In this document: piece by piece, positions 1 through 29,900 of the stretch
Numbering within the stretch: position 1 is the first letter of the stretch
Layout of the letters: each line of letters begins with the position of its first letter
NCBI RefSeq assembly: GCF_964204645.1
Contig: NC_134026.1
Location: 22,726,150-22,790,149, forward strand
Direction of reading: 5' to 3'
Origin: Tubulanus polymorphus
Lineage: Eukaryota; Animalia; Nemertea
Length of the DNA: 64,000 nucleotides
Made by a program: the position numbers and the translations under genes
The notes under the pieces: model-generated
Told to the model about the DNA's origin: nothing
Databases searched by the model: none
What the model saw: the letters and a program-made list of their open reading frames with translations, nothing else

Positions 1-114
1 GTTGCTTTCTTGATCTTGATTATAGTACTGCGTGGACCGCGTATTCGCGTATTGGTGACGCAAGGAAAAAAGCTTTCTACTGATAAAATGTGTCGACTTG
101 CGGTATATTTTCAG

Positions 115-1987
115 GATACAAAGAAGCGATTGTTACATACCCAACGTTACGGTCCCGATCAAAATATAGATCCACTGGAAAATATACCGTGGTTTCAGCG
201 ATTTGTTCGTTTAGCCGATGCCTTATACAAAAACGATGTTGATAATTGCGGTTAGTTCCTTGCCTACATTTTATGCTGTAATTCATTAAATCTCATCTCT
301 GTTTACTGGCAATTTCTGCCGTTGTTGCTGTGATTTTCAGGGTATCTAAAAACCGATGAAGTGCGGTGGTTAACTGATGAATATAATGATGTCTACAGTT
401 TACATATACCAAATGAGATGATACAAGAAGCGATGCAACGTACCCGTCGTGACAATATGATAGATATTGCTCAATATGTCGACATTCTTGGCATGAATGG
501 TAAGAAATCAATGTAATCAATCCAGGAGTTTACTCTTTTGCCTACCCATACCTGGCTTGAATACCTTCATGTGTCCCCAGTATATTAACGTCTATCACTT
601 CTCGTTATCACTGATGATATGTTGTGGTTTACAGGTCCGAGTGATATGAAGTTTTACTGATGCGTACATTTGGATTATAATGTAATTTTGAAGTCGATTT
701 GATTTTAGATTTCTGAAGAACTTTAGATGATTTTCTCCAATAGACTTTACCATATTAACCCTGTATCCTTGCATTTATGTGGATCTATATTCAACAATCT
801 TCATCCAACCTTCCCGGACCATTTCATATTTATGTAGTATTTACTAACAGTTCTCGTTCAAAATGCAACTTTCATGTAATTATCCTGCATTTTTCATTAG
901 CGAAGGAGTATTTTGAGAGATTTCGTGGAACACCTGTTGATCTCATACCAGTAGACCTGGTACAGATACAGTCAGAACCTACCCCACCGCGACCGCAACC
1001 ACCAGTTGTAAAGCCAATGCCACAACCACCTCCCATACCGCAACCTCGTCCATCTAAACCACCTCAACGACCACCTCCTATATTCGAGAGGACTCACTCT
1101 GCATCTCAGTGGTCTACAGAATATAGGCAATCCTATGTGTATGTACCATATAGCATCATAGATTTGTTATACATATGTATGCTTTTAAAGGTTGTGGTGG
1201 TACAGGGCTTAGTTCCACAGTTGTGGGATGGCTTCTCAAAGAAGAAATTGTAATCATTTCAATTTTTGGAATTTAAAAGTCAGCCGCGACTATGGAATTA
1301 GTTTTAGCTTCAGATATTATATGCCAGTTTAAGTGATGTGCTTGTCAAATATTTTCTTTATATAGATATTTTGTAGCCATTTCTGTAGTGATTTTTCATC
1401 ACATGTATCCCATACTAATTTCCTGTGTACAATAACTAATAAGTAGCTATCTGCTTGTTTATGTATGTTTACGTTATCAGTACAGTCTTTATTCATGAAT
1501 GTTATATAATTATCTCTCTATTAATGCTCAATCAGGAGACAAAACTGTTTCTTTAAAAGGTATAAATTAATATACTCTTTTAGTTAATACTGCTTTTTTG
1601 TGGTGGTACGTAGTATATAGTCGTAGTTGTGCAGTAGAATCCTGGTCCCAGTTCCAGAGTTCAAGATTAAATTTGAACTCATCAGAGTTTCAAATTTTAA
1701 CTGATGCATTGAACTGGAACCAGAGCCCAATTTCACAAAAAAAAACCGTATATTTGGTTTAGTTTCTATTAGTTATGTATGTGAAAAGAATGAACAAAAA
1801 TGATTAAATCTGAAATTCTTAGGCATACAATTTTGCAAAAGAAGGCCCAGCATTAAAATCATTAATTTCTTTTAGGAAACGGGTTGGCGAAAGGCCAGAA
1901 ATGGTTACCCCGAGAGAACATGGAAACCCACTGAAGTTTCATTGGACCGACCATGAGGAGAGAGAAGGGAACATTCTGCCGGGATGA
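115..1987 (+). CDS. 3' part of a C1orf87-like EF-hand protein (5' end outside window), with alternative C-termini
   Basis: GT-AG exons 115-250 and 341-499 give PWFQRFVRLADALYKNDVDNCGYLKTDEVRWLTDEYNDVYSLHIPNEMIQEAMQR. This has an EF-hand-like loop (DVDNCGYLKTDE) and resembles the C1orf87 C-terminus as recalled. It continues either into 635-660 (GPSDMKFY*) or into 901-1138 + 1876-1987 (Pro-rich, ...STEYRQSYVKRVGERPE...ILPG*). Confidence 0.7.
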
Positions 1988-3412
1988 CACGTTTAAATGC
2001 TTTTCCTCGCCAAAAATAAAAAATGTCTATTGTGATGTTATTGACTCTAATCATTTGTGAAGCGAAATCAAAGTCCATTGATATACATTTGATATTTGTA
2101 TAACGTAGTAGTTTTACATGAACCTTTTTAAATTGAATTTATTTTTTTACTTTCTATAATTTTATGTCTATCAATAATCTAAGGTTCTATTCTTTCCGTC
2201 CATTATTTTGTTAGAGGTAATATATTTTTATATTGTATTGTTCTGATAATGTCTCTAGTCTCTACTTAAAACTGGTGATGTAACCAGCGGTTATGTTTTC
2301 CTATAGTTTATAACTCTATATAATGTAAATACGTATGAAATATACTCCCAATCGGGAAGCTAGGTACAATGTTCCTTGTTAATCTTAATACCTGGGGAAG
2401 TCATTTGAATTTAAGATATATTTTTTCTGAAATCGTGATATTTGCCAAAAAGCTTCTTGAATGAATATGACTTGCAATTACTCTTGAGTTTATCAATGAC
2501 GTGATCACAAATCATGATGAAATTAATTACTTCTATCAGGTGATAGTCGTTTGTTAAAAAGAATCAAAATTTTATAATCGGATAGACATGAAATGAATAA
2601 AAAATTAGTTACTTTAGAATAATATAAAATCAGTTCATCTCATTTGGTTTGGATTTACTGAGGCTTTAAGGACAATCGTCCAAAGAAGGAGGTCATAGAA
2701 AGAATTGATAGAGATTTAGGTTATTTATTGCTATATATTGATATACTGGTACAAAACAAATGATTTTCAGTGTATCATCACAAACGACCACAATGAGGAA
2801 ATCCCTTCTCAAATGATTTCGAACTACAGACTGTGGGTACCGGTACCTTGTTTTATTGGTATGTAACAACATGAACAAATTCAAAATGACGGAAAAGTAC
2901 CCGAAATTCCGTTTATTGACCAGTTTAACTATATACATGTATCTAGGATACTATGAAATCTAGTTGTATATTGCCGCTTGAAATTAACAGTGAATTATAA
3001 TGATCACAATATAGCTTTATATACGTTTGGGTGACATGAAACAATATTTTCAAAAGCAAGAACAATTCTTTTGATATTATTTTGTATATAAATATATCAC
3101 ATTAATTTTCCTTCATATTTCATATTCTACTTGATATATTTTGGTATGTAGCAGTTACGTTATAACTATATAGTGCATAAATATCCCCTTTACGTATACA
3201 ACATTTGAAAAAATACTGTACTGTAACTTGCTCACGATCACTCTTCCTGACTGAAAGCTGAAAAATCTGCATAATTGTCTAATACGAGAACAAACTTGAG
3301 GCCTATGCATAATTCGTATAGATGGATAGGAAATGCAACATTTTGGATGGAGTAGAAAGCATGATATCAACAAAAAATAAGGCTCATATCTAATTCTTAG
3401 TGAGAAATGTTT

Positions 3413-19373
<15,961 letters not shown>

Positions 19374-19494
19374 TTTTAAGCTATGGACTATCTTTTTGCT
19401 AGCCACCGAATAATATAACTGAAATACCAAGTCCGAGCTGCATCGCTTCCGTGCAGTCCATTTTGCCACTTGTGTTCAACTCCCTGGAAAGTAT

Positions 19495-19547
19495 TATGCT
19501 AGCAACAGAAACTTTTCGAGGATAACGAATGCTGCTTGCTTAGCAAC
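19495..19547. promoter_or_regulatory. X-box-like cluster upstream of the NompC start codon
   Basis: CTTGCTTAGCAAC (19535-19547), TATGCTAGCAAC (19495-19506) and a GGATAAC half-site, about 120-175 nt upstream of the ATG. Confidence 0.5.
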
Positions 19548-21582
19548 CGACATCAGTTTCCGAAATGCGGAACGTGCTACTACGTGCAAGGGTAGGTTGG
19601 TCATCCAATCGAATCCGTATCAATATTGAAAATGAATCAATGGCTTTGATTTACGTATCGATCTGAAGTGGATAGTGTAATAATCGTCGATTGAAAACCC
19701 ATGAACAGTATGCTGCATTACTGGTGCGAGCGACGGTTTGGTCCATCTAAGAACCATTTGTCTTTACCTGTTTATCATATTTTCTCTTCAACACTGATGT
19801 AATTTTAGTTATTAGGGGCGAGAATTGGGCTGATGAGAATTGGAAAATATCTTTTTATAATTTTTCTAGGATATAGGACCAAGTAGCAAAGGTAGACATA
19901 TACAACAGTAAAAGCAGATGAAATCATTCCTGATTCTCCTCAGTTTATCGTTCGTATCCAATTCTATGCACCAGCGACCAGTTGTGAACATCATTCCTCC
20001 CTCAGTCTTTTTGTTAAAAGAATCTCCAGAATTGCCAAAGAAAGAACAACACCAACCAATATAGAAATTAATCTTATGTTGAATGAACATTTATTTTTTT
20101 TTCTGAAATATACACAAAATGTATCCACATGAACTATGTAACTACCGGTATATGGGGACAAAACTACACTGCCAGCATTTTTTGATAAAGAGAACGAAAC
20201 TCTGCCAGACTCTCACACTATACATATTCATATAATCATAATCATATATAATCGATGTTTTTAAATGATATTTCCTTTTACTATTACGTGTGTATTGAGT
20301 AAGGTGTAAATGCATAGAATTATTCTACAGAAAAGAAATCCGTGACTTATCTGGACGTAGCCTGCATGAAGACGACTCCCGTGTCATACGCCAGTAGGCA
20401 AAGAAAGGGATGATTGAAATTGAGGGCCAATTGAGTAAAAACTTGCATATCAGAGCCCGGTTGTGATCAATTCACGTTCACTAATCTAATCATGAAACGA
20501 ACAGTCTGATGATAAATATTCTAAGCAGTACTAGTTCTGTAAGTCACTTTTCAGAATGGTGTGTTCGGCTTACAATAAGAAGTAAGGATTTACAAGTGCT
20601 GAAAGAGGTTACAATACGAGCTAAAAGAAACCCCAGTCATAACCATGACGCTATCAAAAATTATTGTTTGGCGCTACACAGACAATGTCTACACAGAATC
20701 CATTGACAATTTCAAGACAACAACAGAAAAGGCGGGTTTTTTTTCGTTTAGAAAAATAATTATCCTTTGGATGCGATAATAAAACTGGCGTCGTAATGTA
20801 AGTAATAGGAGTTCTCTACGTCAACTGAGAATGCAGGTGAATATTGACAGAATAGTTTGTGCACCGTGTTGTAAATTTACAACCCTTCTTTTCTTTAGTA
20901 ATAAGAAGACACGACGACTATGTACAGCTCTCTGTATAGAAAATAAATAATATTTTAGCTTATATATCAGCATTTGCAGTTATTCTTCTTTTTTTTATAC
21001 AGAATATGTACAGAGGATATTTTATTTGTAATGTACGTATGAAAAATAGATGACACAACTTTTACTAATATTCAGCAAGAATTTCTTTTTTTTACTAGGA
21101 AGGCCTTGTGGTATCACATATATGAACTCAACGAGAAAAACGAGAAAAATCTTATTGAAAATCAACTCATCATAAAATAAATCGTAATTTTCATTGCGTA
21201 GTTTCGATTGATTGATTCATTGCTTTGATAAAACAGTTGAAAAACGATTGAAGAATTCAACTAGAGATGGCTCTTGCACGGTAGCAGTGAAGTTGGCCAA
21301 ATCTACAAAGTTCAGTAGATCTATGCGCTTAAACGCTAAATTTGGTAGATTTTCTGAACTTAAACACTGCCTAACGATAAGTCCAATGTCAAGTATTAAT
21401 CCGAATTAAATAAAATCTTTTTCTAAAGCTAAATTCTACAAATAAATTAGGACTACAGCCTTTTTAAGATAATAAATTAAGTACACCACAAGGCAAAGTG
21501 GTGCTAGTTTAGAATTGAAAGTACTTATACATCGTATATAGATTTTTTACTAAATACATAAATTACTAATATTTACATAATT

Positions 21583-21591
21583 ATAATAATG

Positions 21592-21623
<32 letters not shown>
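21583..21623. repeat. (AAT)n microsatellite
   Basis: Near-perfect AAT run. Confidence 0.9.
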
Positions 21624-21624
<1 letters not shown>

Positions 21625-22671
21625 TGAACTAGGATAGAACAAAATGCACATGCATCTTCCTTGTACGTTGCAACAAACATCAATGAAAAGTAAACGACAA
21701 CTACAAATAAATGCTATTGTAACAAATGAAGACTCCTCACAGTTCCCAGATGCAGACAAAAACATCGAACAAGAACAAACTAACGAAACCGACATGCCTC
21801 GTAAAATTACCACAAAAACCAACGAGAAAATTTGGCCGAAAACTTTCATCAAAGTCACATCTATCAGATCTACTTTTCTTGCGGATACTGCGAGGAGAAT
21901 TGTCCAATAATTGAGACTTCGGATGAATATGAACTATTTACAACCATCGAAAATATACGTGCGAATGAACACGACACAAGCACTAAAAAAGATCATCAGT
22001 TCGACACACATCTAACCGCACACCGTTCACGTATTTATACTTTCTAGTTAAAATTTGTTTTTCAAAGAGTTTGGAAAAATATCATCTGCATTTTTTACAA
22101 TGTGACATCACATACTATATCAATGAATATAAATAGGTAATTGTCATGGCTTGTCAGTGGTTTTATCTACCAGTAATAATAATAGAAATCACTCAGTATC
22201 ATATGAAAAATAAATGCATAATATTCACTGATAATTTCTTTCATTTTTTTAATTTTCCCGTTTGAGCTTACGAAATACAGAGATGCTAATATACGTTTGG
22301 AGAGAGTTCAATTTAGAATATGACCACATCGCACATTCTACATTAATCCATGTTTATCCCATGCAAATTTGGTCCGAGTTGAGAGATAAATCTTAAAATT
22401 GAAGACGAGGGAATCATTTCGAGATTGGTAAGATGTGAGATGTCCTGAACCGGAAAACCAACCGGGGACTACTGGATTCAACAAATAAATGTACCTTTAT
22501 ATGATTGTAAAAATGACACCATACGATAAAATATATTAGGCAGAAACTACGACATAAATAAACAACACTGCCACATATAGAGAATTTCTTAAACCATTTC
22601 AAATCGAATCGGAAAGGCTTTCGACGGAAAAGATTCTAAACCTAATACGTGGAAGTGATTTGTGTACACAT

Positions 22672-22787
<116 letters not shown>

Positions 22788-23926
22788 TTAGATAGGCAGC
22801 AGTATGATAACCAGTTTAGAAAAACATCCTTTATTTCATATATTATGAGTCAATCATACATAGTCGAATGTTACATCATCGGTAACTGGATCAGGAGTAA
22901 ACACATACCCCAGTATATAATTATCATGCCTTCGAGAAGGGGAAATTAACCATTCGTGAGTCTCATTCGAAACGTATAGGGAATATAGCTCAACTTGCTT
23001 GCAGTCTTCAACTTGGTTTATTTTCATATTCTCAAAATTACCGGTATAAATGGAGAGTAGGAACGTGTTGTTCAGTTTTAAGGTATATTGTAGCTTGGCA
23101 TATTTAAAAATCAACTTTTATATACAAACGTAGCAAAAAGTCAATTGCAAGTATAGCACATAACGTCATTGCCTTTTGATATTCACTGTTAGCACCACCC
23201 GTAAATAAGCAATTATTTTCACCCTTTCGCTGTTTATTTCAAATGAAATCATGCAGCAGCAAACAGATCAGCCATTCGATTGATTCGAAAACGTTTTCGC
23301 TTTTCAATTAAAACATCGTCAACTGCATTCGTCGGATGGATTGTAATCAAAATAATTCATGCTAATAAAATTAGAAACCATTTTTCCCTGCCTACTAATT
23401 TTGAGAAAAAAAAACAATCAATAGTACGGCGAATATAACAAATCATCAAAACACATGCCAAAAATCTAACTTCACAACTCCATCAAATGCACAAAATCAA
23501 AATAAATCAAACAAATTTTTTTTCTTGGGGAAATTGTTTTTTCTAAATGTTTAAAAACGCATCTGAACGACAGTATAACATATCAAAATACGTGTACATG
23601 CTTTAGATCAACTGATCAGCTAACTGACTGGTCTGACATCTATCAGGATTTCCTATCGTCGTCATCATCATCATCATCATCATCTTGTGGATAAATCAAA
23701 CACAGAGATTACGAATGTACCTTGACGATTCACACGATACCCAATTACATATCTACCTACATATAGCATTTATGTATACAGGCACTTGGAATGATCAACA
23801 CCACCATGTACGTATGTATCTTAAGCCACAATACAACAAAACAGTCGCGATATTCCCATCATATTACACGTAGCCACTGGCAAACATTTCCGACTGTTGA
23901 TTAAACGCGTTTAACGTCGACCAATG

Positions 23927-26900
23927 TTAACCGATTTTGATTTTCTTGGTGGGGTGATGAAATTCAGCAGCATTAGTAGCGGAGACGGGAACGACGACGA
24001 TAGTTTTAGTGCCGGCTGTCGATGACGCCCCGGACGCCACGACAGTCACCGCGTGAGCACCAGCCTGGTTGACGGCGTGGGCAAGGGAGGCAGGAACGGT
24101 AACAGCAGTGGCTCCGGAATTGAGAAGAGATGTGGCTGGGATGCTACTAATGGAATTTACGGTTGTAACTTTCGGTGCTACGGGTGCGCTAGCTGATCTT
24201 CCATTCTCTAAAGTGCTCATTGTGCCCGAACTACCAAAATCTGTCAACTGAAGAAAAGACAAAAACTAATATGAATTAAGATACAATCAGATCCAAACTA
24301 TCCATCAATCAAACTTTACAAGTGATAATATCATTTCTTTCATGATTTCTTTTTCGTTTCTCTAATCTTAAATTAAGTTGATCATGCTTAAATAACTTCT
24401 AACATAATGTCCATTGTTTGCTTAGCTAAACTATTAGGTTAAGTGTTGTGTAAACGATTAACATTTATTTACAATTATCATTAAGGGAACATTGGGCGGA
24501 GTTTTTTTTTGTTGACTAGAATAGTAAATCAGGCCAGTTCCAATGAGCTAGAACATGTCGCACCTCTCCCATGACAGCGATTGGCGTGTCTCCTGTTGCG
24601 GCTGCTACTTTATGCTCAACCAAGTAGAACATGTACTCATCGTACAACAGACGGATTAAATGGAAGGAACCAAAACTGGCCGCACTACGCAGGGTTAAAT
24701 CACGAATAACCATCGAACTAAAAATAGATATAAAATTCATATATTCAATCAGACATTCTCATATTGAGCATCAAGTTTTTAGGTAGTTTGATTGGTAACC
24801 AACCTGTAAAAAGACCATTTTAATAGGAATTGTCGAGCTGCTTTTGCGAATGACGGGCTGCCTTCATGCGGTTTGAGGACCTGGTTCACCACTCCTTCAA
24901 GCCAAATAGCCCACTGTTCAAGTGAGTTTTGTTGCTGCAATGTTTTCTTGAAGTCTTGTTCTAAACGTGTGACGACTGCGTCGTCGCACTGGCAAACCCA
25001 AGATGCTTGCTCCTGAAAATTAGATCAATGCGTATGAGAAACGCTCCTCAAATATCCGCTGACCATTTTAACACCGTTTCACTACCGACTTACTTGGACA
25101 TTATTGAAGTCAACCCTGTTTAAGTCAGTGAGCATCTGATTGATTTGGGACGTATTCTGAAGGACAGCTCTAGCAGCCTGAGCAAGGTGATTTAGGGACG
25201 TATATCTCCTCAGGGTCTGAGCGAATGCACTCACAGCAGTTATCTGCTGCTGTGTCATTTCATCGGGGATTCCTTCCATGGCATTTTTCAGCCATGTTTC
25301 TAGACTCTTCGCGAAGTTACGAATCGCTTGGGTCAAGGAACCTATAAGAAATCAACAAATTTCAAATTGGTATTGATATCTTATAACATTGACATTATGC
25401 ATGGTAAATCAAGTCGGACTTACTCGGAATGGGTCTGAGGACGTCTGGAATGAGTACTTCGACGAGGGACTGATAGAAGGCATAATCTGATTGACGAATG
25501 TATCGCAGTACAGGCTCATATTTACAAACTCCCTGCAATTTATCTTTTGGCAGTCGTTTCTCGATTGCAATATCACTGAAACACAACAATAGTGGATATA
25601 GCTATGAACAACACTACTATTAATGAGTAAATTTTGGGTCGAATATGCCAGCGAAACACTCACTTATGACTACTCTCCTCAGGATTTCGCCAAAACGTTC
25701 TCCATAGATTCTCGATAAGGCTGAATTGTAGATTTACGACAACATCTAAAACTGCCTGAAAATCGAAATGGAGAAGACTGCGATGTTAGATACATATTGT
25801 GAAAACACAAACACAGCCAAATGAATGCATGTGATCTGTCTATATATACCTCGCAATGCTCCCTATACAGCTGCTCCATTATCCTAATGTGGTCCTTGTT
25901 AACTCCTTCAGGTAGGGGTATTGTGACCGTGTCGATGGATCCAAAATGTGGAATGGCACCAGATGCATCGCCGAGGAACTGTTGATGTTGCTGGTTAGAT
26001 GAGGTCTCATGCGATGCGGCGGTTGCGCTATGTGACGCATCTCCACTATCAGATCCTTCGGTTTTGGTGTTCACCGCTTTAAACCTGCAAAACATAAGAC
26101 AAATGAGCAACTACCTGCAACTGAATCAAATACTGGATATTAAGATCAACATTTAAGGAGTTCATATTCTAGGTATTTTTACCTTTTGCCTTGATTGATA
26201 GGCTGTTGTCTCATGGCCATTGTCTGATCATCGGTGAACTGATTCAGCGGAGAATTAGCCTTAATGCGAATTCCGTAATAATGATACTTAGAATTACCCC
26301 TAATAAGAGAATATGCATAAAACATGAAAATGACATTCATTACGATCGTCGTGATATCTTTGAAACGGAGTAAAAATTTCAATCTCAATAGTTGACATCG
26401 AACATCAACATAACAGACAAAGATGAAAGTCAAAACTTAGCAGAAAACCAAAAGCACAACTCAAAACATGCCAACTGTTTTAACATGTGATCAATGTTGC
26501 CCACAATACAATGTATAGATAAACAAATGAGCTACAATATACTGTCAATAATAGACACAAACGCAGTATTTCATCCGTTACAACAACGAATAGTTAAGAA
26601 TGCCAAGCATACCAGATTTTCAATAATATACACAGAATGTACAGACAATACTAAAATAAATTCTAAAAACATTGAAAGCAATAAATAATCTTCACAAAAT
26701 GAAAATGCAACCGGCGTCTTCTCCGAACGAAAGATATATTGTGGGCAACACTGATACTAAGAAAATATGGTAAGTGTTTAAAATGTTCTAGAAACTGAAA
26801 ATCATGAGCACCCGACCCCGAAACTTTGTGAGCTAAAAATGATTAATGTATAAACTATCAATGAATTATGGAATGTGGTTAGGTCTAGAAATTTTGGTGA

Positions 26901-29900
26901 ACCATGAAATTGAATCATCTCTACCTGGTCCCTAATCGACGGGTCCTCAGGCCCAGAAAAACTGAGCGTATGAGCTTGCCAAACGAAGCAGGGTTCATAG
27001 GATCCATTTTTTGTTCATGACAGTGTCGGAGATAATGGTTATATAAGGTGCTCCTCGGCAGGCTCACTCCATCAGCCGTTTCGTAATTTTCAATTAGCCA
27101 CTGAACCTAAGGCAATACACAAAAACAATGATAAACATGACACATATATTAGAAAATAAAGTAGGTAGAAAACATTGACTACCTTTTACCCAACCGACGG
27201 GTCCGTAACCCCATAAACACTGAACGAATCAGCTTTCCGAATGATGCAGCATTCATTGCATCTTGTTTAGTTTCTGCGCAGTGTTGCAGATATAGGTTGT
27301 AAAGAGTACCACGGGGTAAGCTCACACCATCTGTTGCTTCGAAATGCTCAAATAGCCACTGAACCTAACAATCAATATCACAATTGTATATATTCGAAAC
27401 AATTAACCGGCGATGAAGCATTTAAGTCCTCAAGAAGTGTGAGCGATAAGAGAAGGAAATGAATCTGTGATTCATTAGGGGAATCCTATAGTTTGCATGC
27501 TGTAAATGAAAACCAAAGGTAAAGCAACAAAAGAAGACTTCATTACTGGATTTAAAAACATCCTGAAAAAACAGCCAAGCCAGTCTAATCCGTATTTCTC
27601 ATTAGTTGGCAGCAATATGAAATTTATTCAGGATTAGGAGAAGTTCAGATTAAAGAGAGATAAGATGCAGCCAACAAAAACACAAGTCAAGAGCTCAACA
27701 CGGATAAAATTGGATTGACTGTATGAACAACTAAAGCAGGAATGACATGAATATAACAGGTAACCATCATCTGTAGACTTCAGCTGTAAATTAATGATCA
27801 ATGACATATGAGTGAATAGAAACTAAATAAAACAGCCATCATAAAAAGTCATCATATAAATGGATAATTTCAACAAATTCACTGGTCAGTAATCAAAACC
27901 TGCTGCGCATAATGTTAGTTTCTACTGTTAAGTTGCTGAACTGTTAAGTTGCCGATTCATTACCCCAATGTCCAGCTGATAACTGATAATACTTCAGGCA
28001 CTAGTTCCACAATGAAGTCAAATTTAATTGACCTGTGGAACTGGCACCAGGATTTTTCATATCGGGAGTTCATATTTTATAGCGCACAACAAGCTTTGAT
28101 CATTGCTATAATACAGGATTTTGAATAAGCAAACATCTACATATTTCTAAACTCTACGAATACATCTTTATTTGTGCTGCCACTCTTTGCAGGCTACACC
28201 GATCTACCTGGTACCTGGTAGTAGACCCTACTACAGTATTATCGAATGCAGTTTCTTTCAAATGAATATAATTGCATACATACTATTGATGTTAGCATAA
28301 ATGTACCCCGAGACATAAGGTAAAACACTCTTTGTTATCGATCTTTGACAATAGTGAAAGGATTAAAATAGATTAATAAAATTGTATATACAAAAGAAAC
28401 AAATTTACCACATCTGGTCTGATCATGAAATAGGCGTTCACAATATTATTTTCAAAACAGTACTTTTACAAAAACATCAAAGGGAAATGGCTCAATAATG
28501 AAATAACACGACAAAACAGAAAAAATCTGATAATACATATACATAAATACATATTTATAGTTACAATTTTACTTCTTACTTCTGACCTCGACTGAATGAA
28601 ATGAAACTAATAGCTTTTCATTAGGAACTAGACACTGAAATTGCGGTCAATTATTCAATGATAAAACAACCTAGATTGAAAACGTTGGTATCAATAAATG
28701 AATAAAGAACAAGAACAGAACTAATAGTAGGTAAATTGGTAGTGTTAACTAGGAACTAAACGACCACAGCATTGAATTGTTCTAGAAATGAAGATTCTAA
28801 TCCTAATAAAACATATCTCTCTGTGTATAAGGTCTAATAAATGACTGTTGTCTAATAAATCTGCCAACTATTAATGAAAACTTAACTTTTTTTCTTTTTC
28901 TTTTATCACCTTTTATGACAATAACACCAACGAAGTTGAGTATGCTTTCAAAAAACATCTAATATATCTGATAAGACAATTGGATTATTGTCGCAAGGAG
29001 AAACATCAAAATAATCAAACTCAACTGTGATATAAATTTCAAACGAGTCATTAAAAACAGGCAATCACATTCCTTCGAAGCGTCTCTCAAGTCTGACTCA
29101 CTGAACTACCATCATGGGAATTTTGCTGTAATTAACAAGTTTCAGCTTAGACTTTATTCCAGAGTCCATGTTCATAGATTCTACTAGCAAGGTGTCAGTC
29201 TCGCATATAACTGACAGAATACAGACACAGTACAACAAGACGAACAAAGATTACGTCATTGCATTAACAATGGACTCACTAGATAGAAAGAACGGCCAAA
29301 TAAAACTGATTGATATTCAAATCAAACGGTAAGACTGATGTATCCAATAAAATCACCATACGGTATATCCCCATTGATATTGTAGAATTTGCATTTGCCT
29401 GTTTTTAATTGAAAAGCGGGTTTCTTCGAATCTGTCCACACCACACGCGCTGATCGACTGATTGTAGCTCCTATCGACAACTGACTCATCCGCAGAGCAT
29501 GTACCGCCGGGGTGAACAATATACAAACACTAAACAATCACTATATATACCTCTTTTTCGTGGGCCTTCAAATCAACGCGGTTGCTCCACGACGACGGAT
29601 GGTAATTTTGCGCTGGGTCTTCATTACCCGGAGCCTGATCGCTGTATTCCCACTGAAATTATGCAAAGACGAAAAAAACGATGCCAGAATCGCTCGATTC
29701 AACATGTACATACAGGTGCTCGTGATACTTACTGTGGCCGGAGAGGCTCTCGTTGTATGAGTAATTGGGAACCCCTCCCCATCCATAGTTCCCCCTTGTA
29801 GCAGGTACGTGCCCCCGTGTTGAGCCATGAACTGTCGCTGAATGCTCTGCACCTGCAATAAATAGTTTACTCATACTCAGCCGCCAACTCTATCGGTTTT

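Noticed and set aside
27183-27364. Second DBD exon as an assembly artefact or pseudo-exon
   Set aside because: The copies differ at 15 residues and many silent sites while keeping length, frame, splice sites and core residues.
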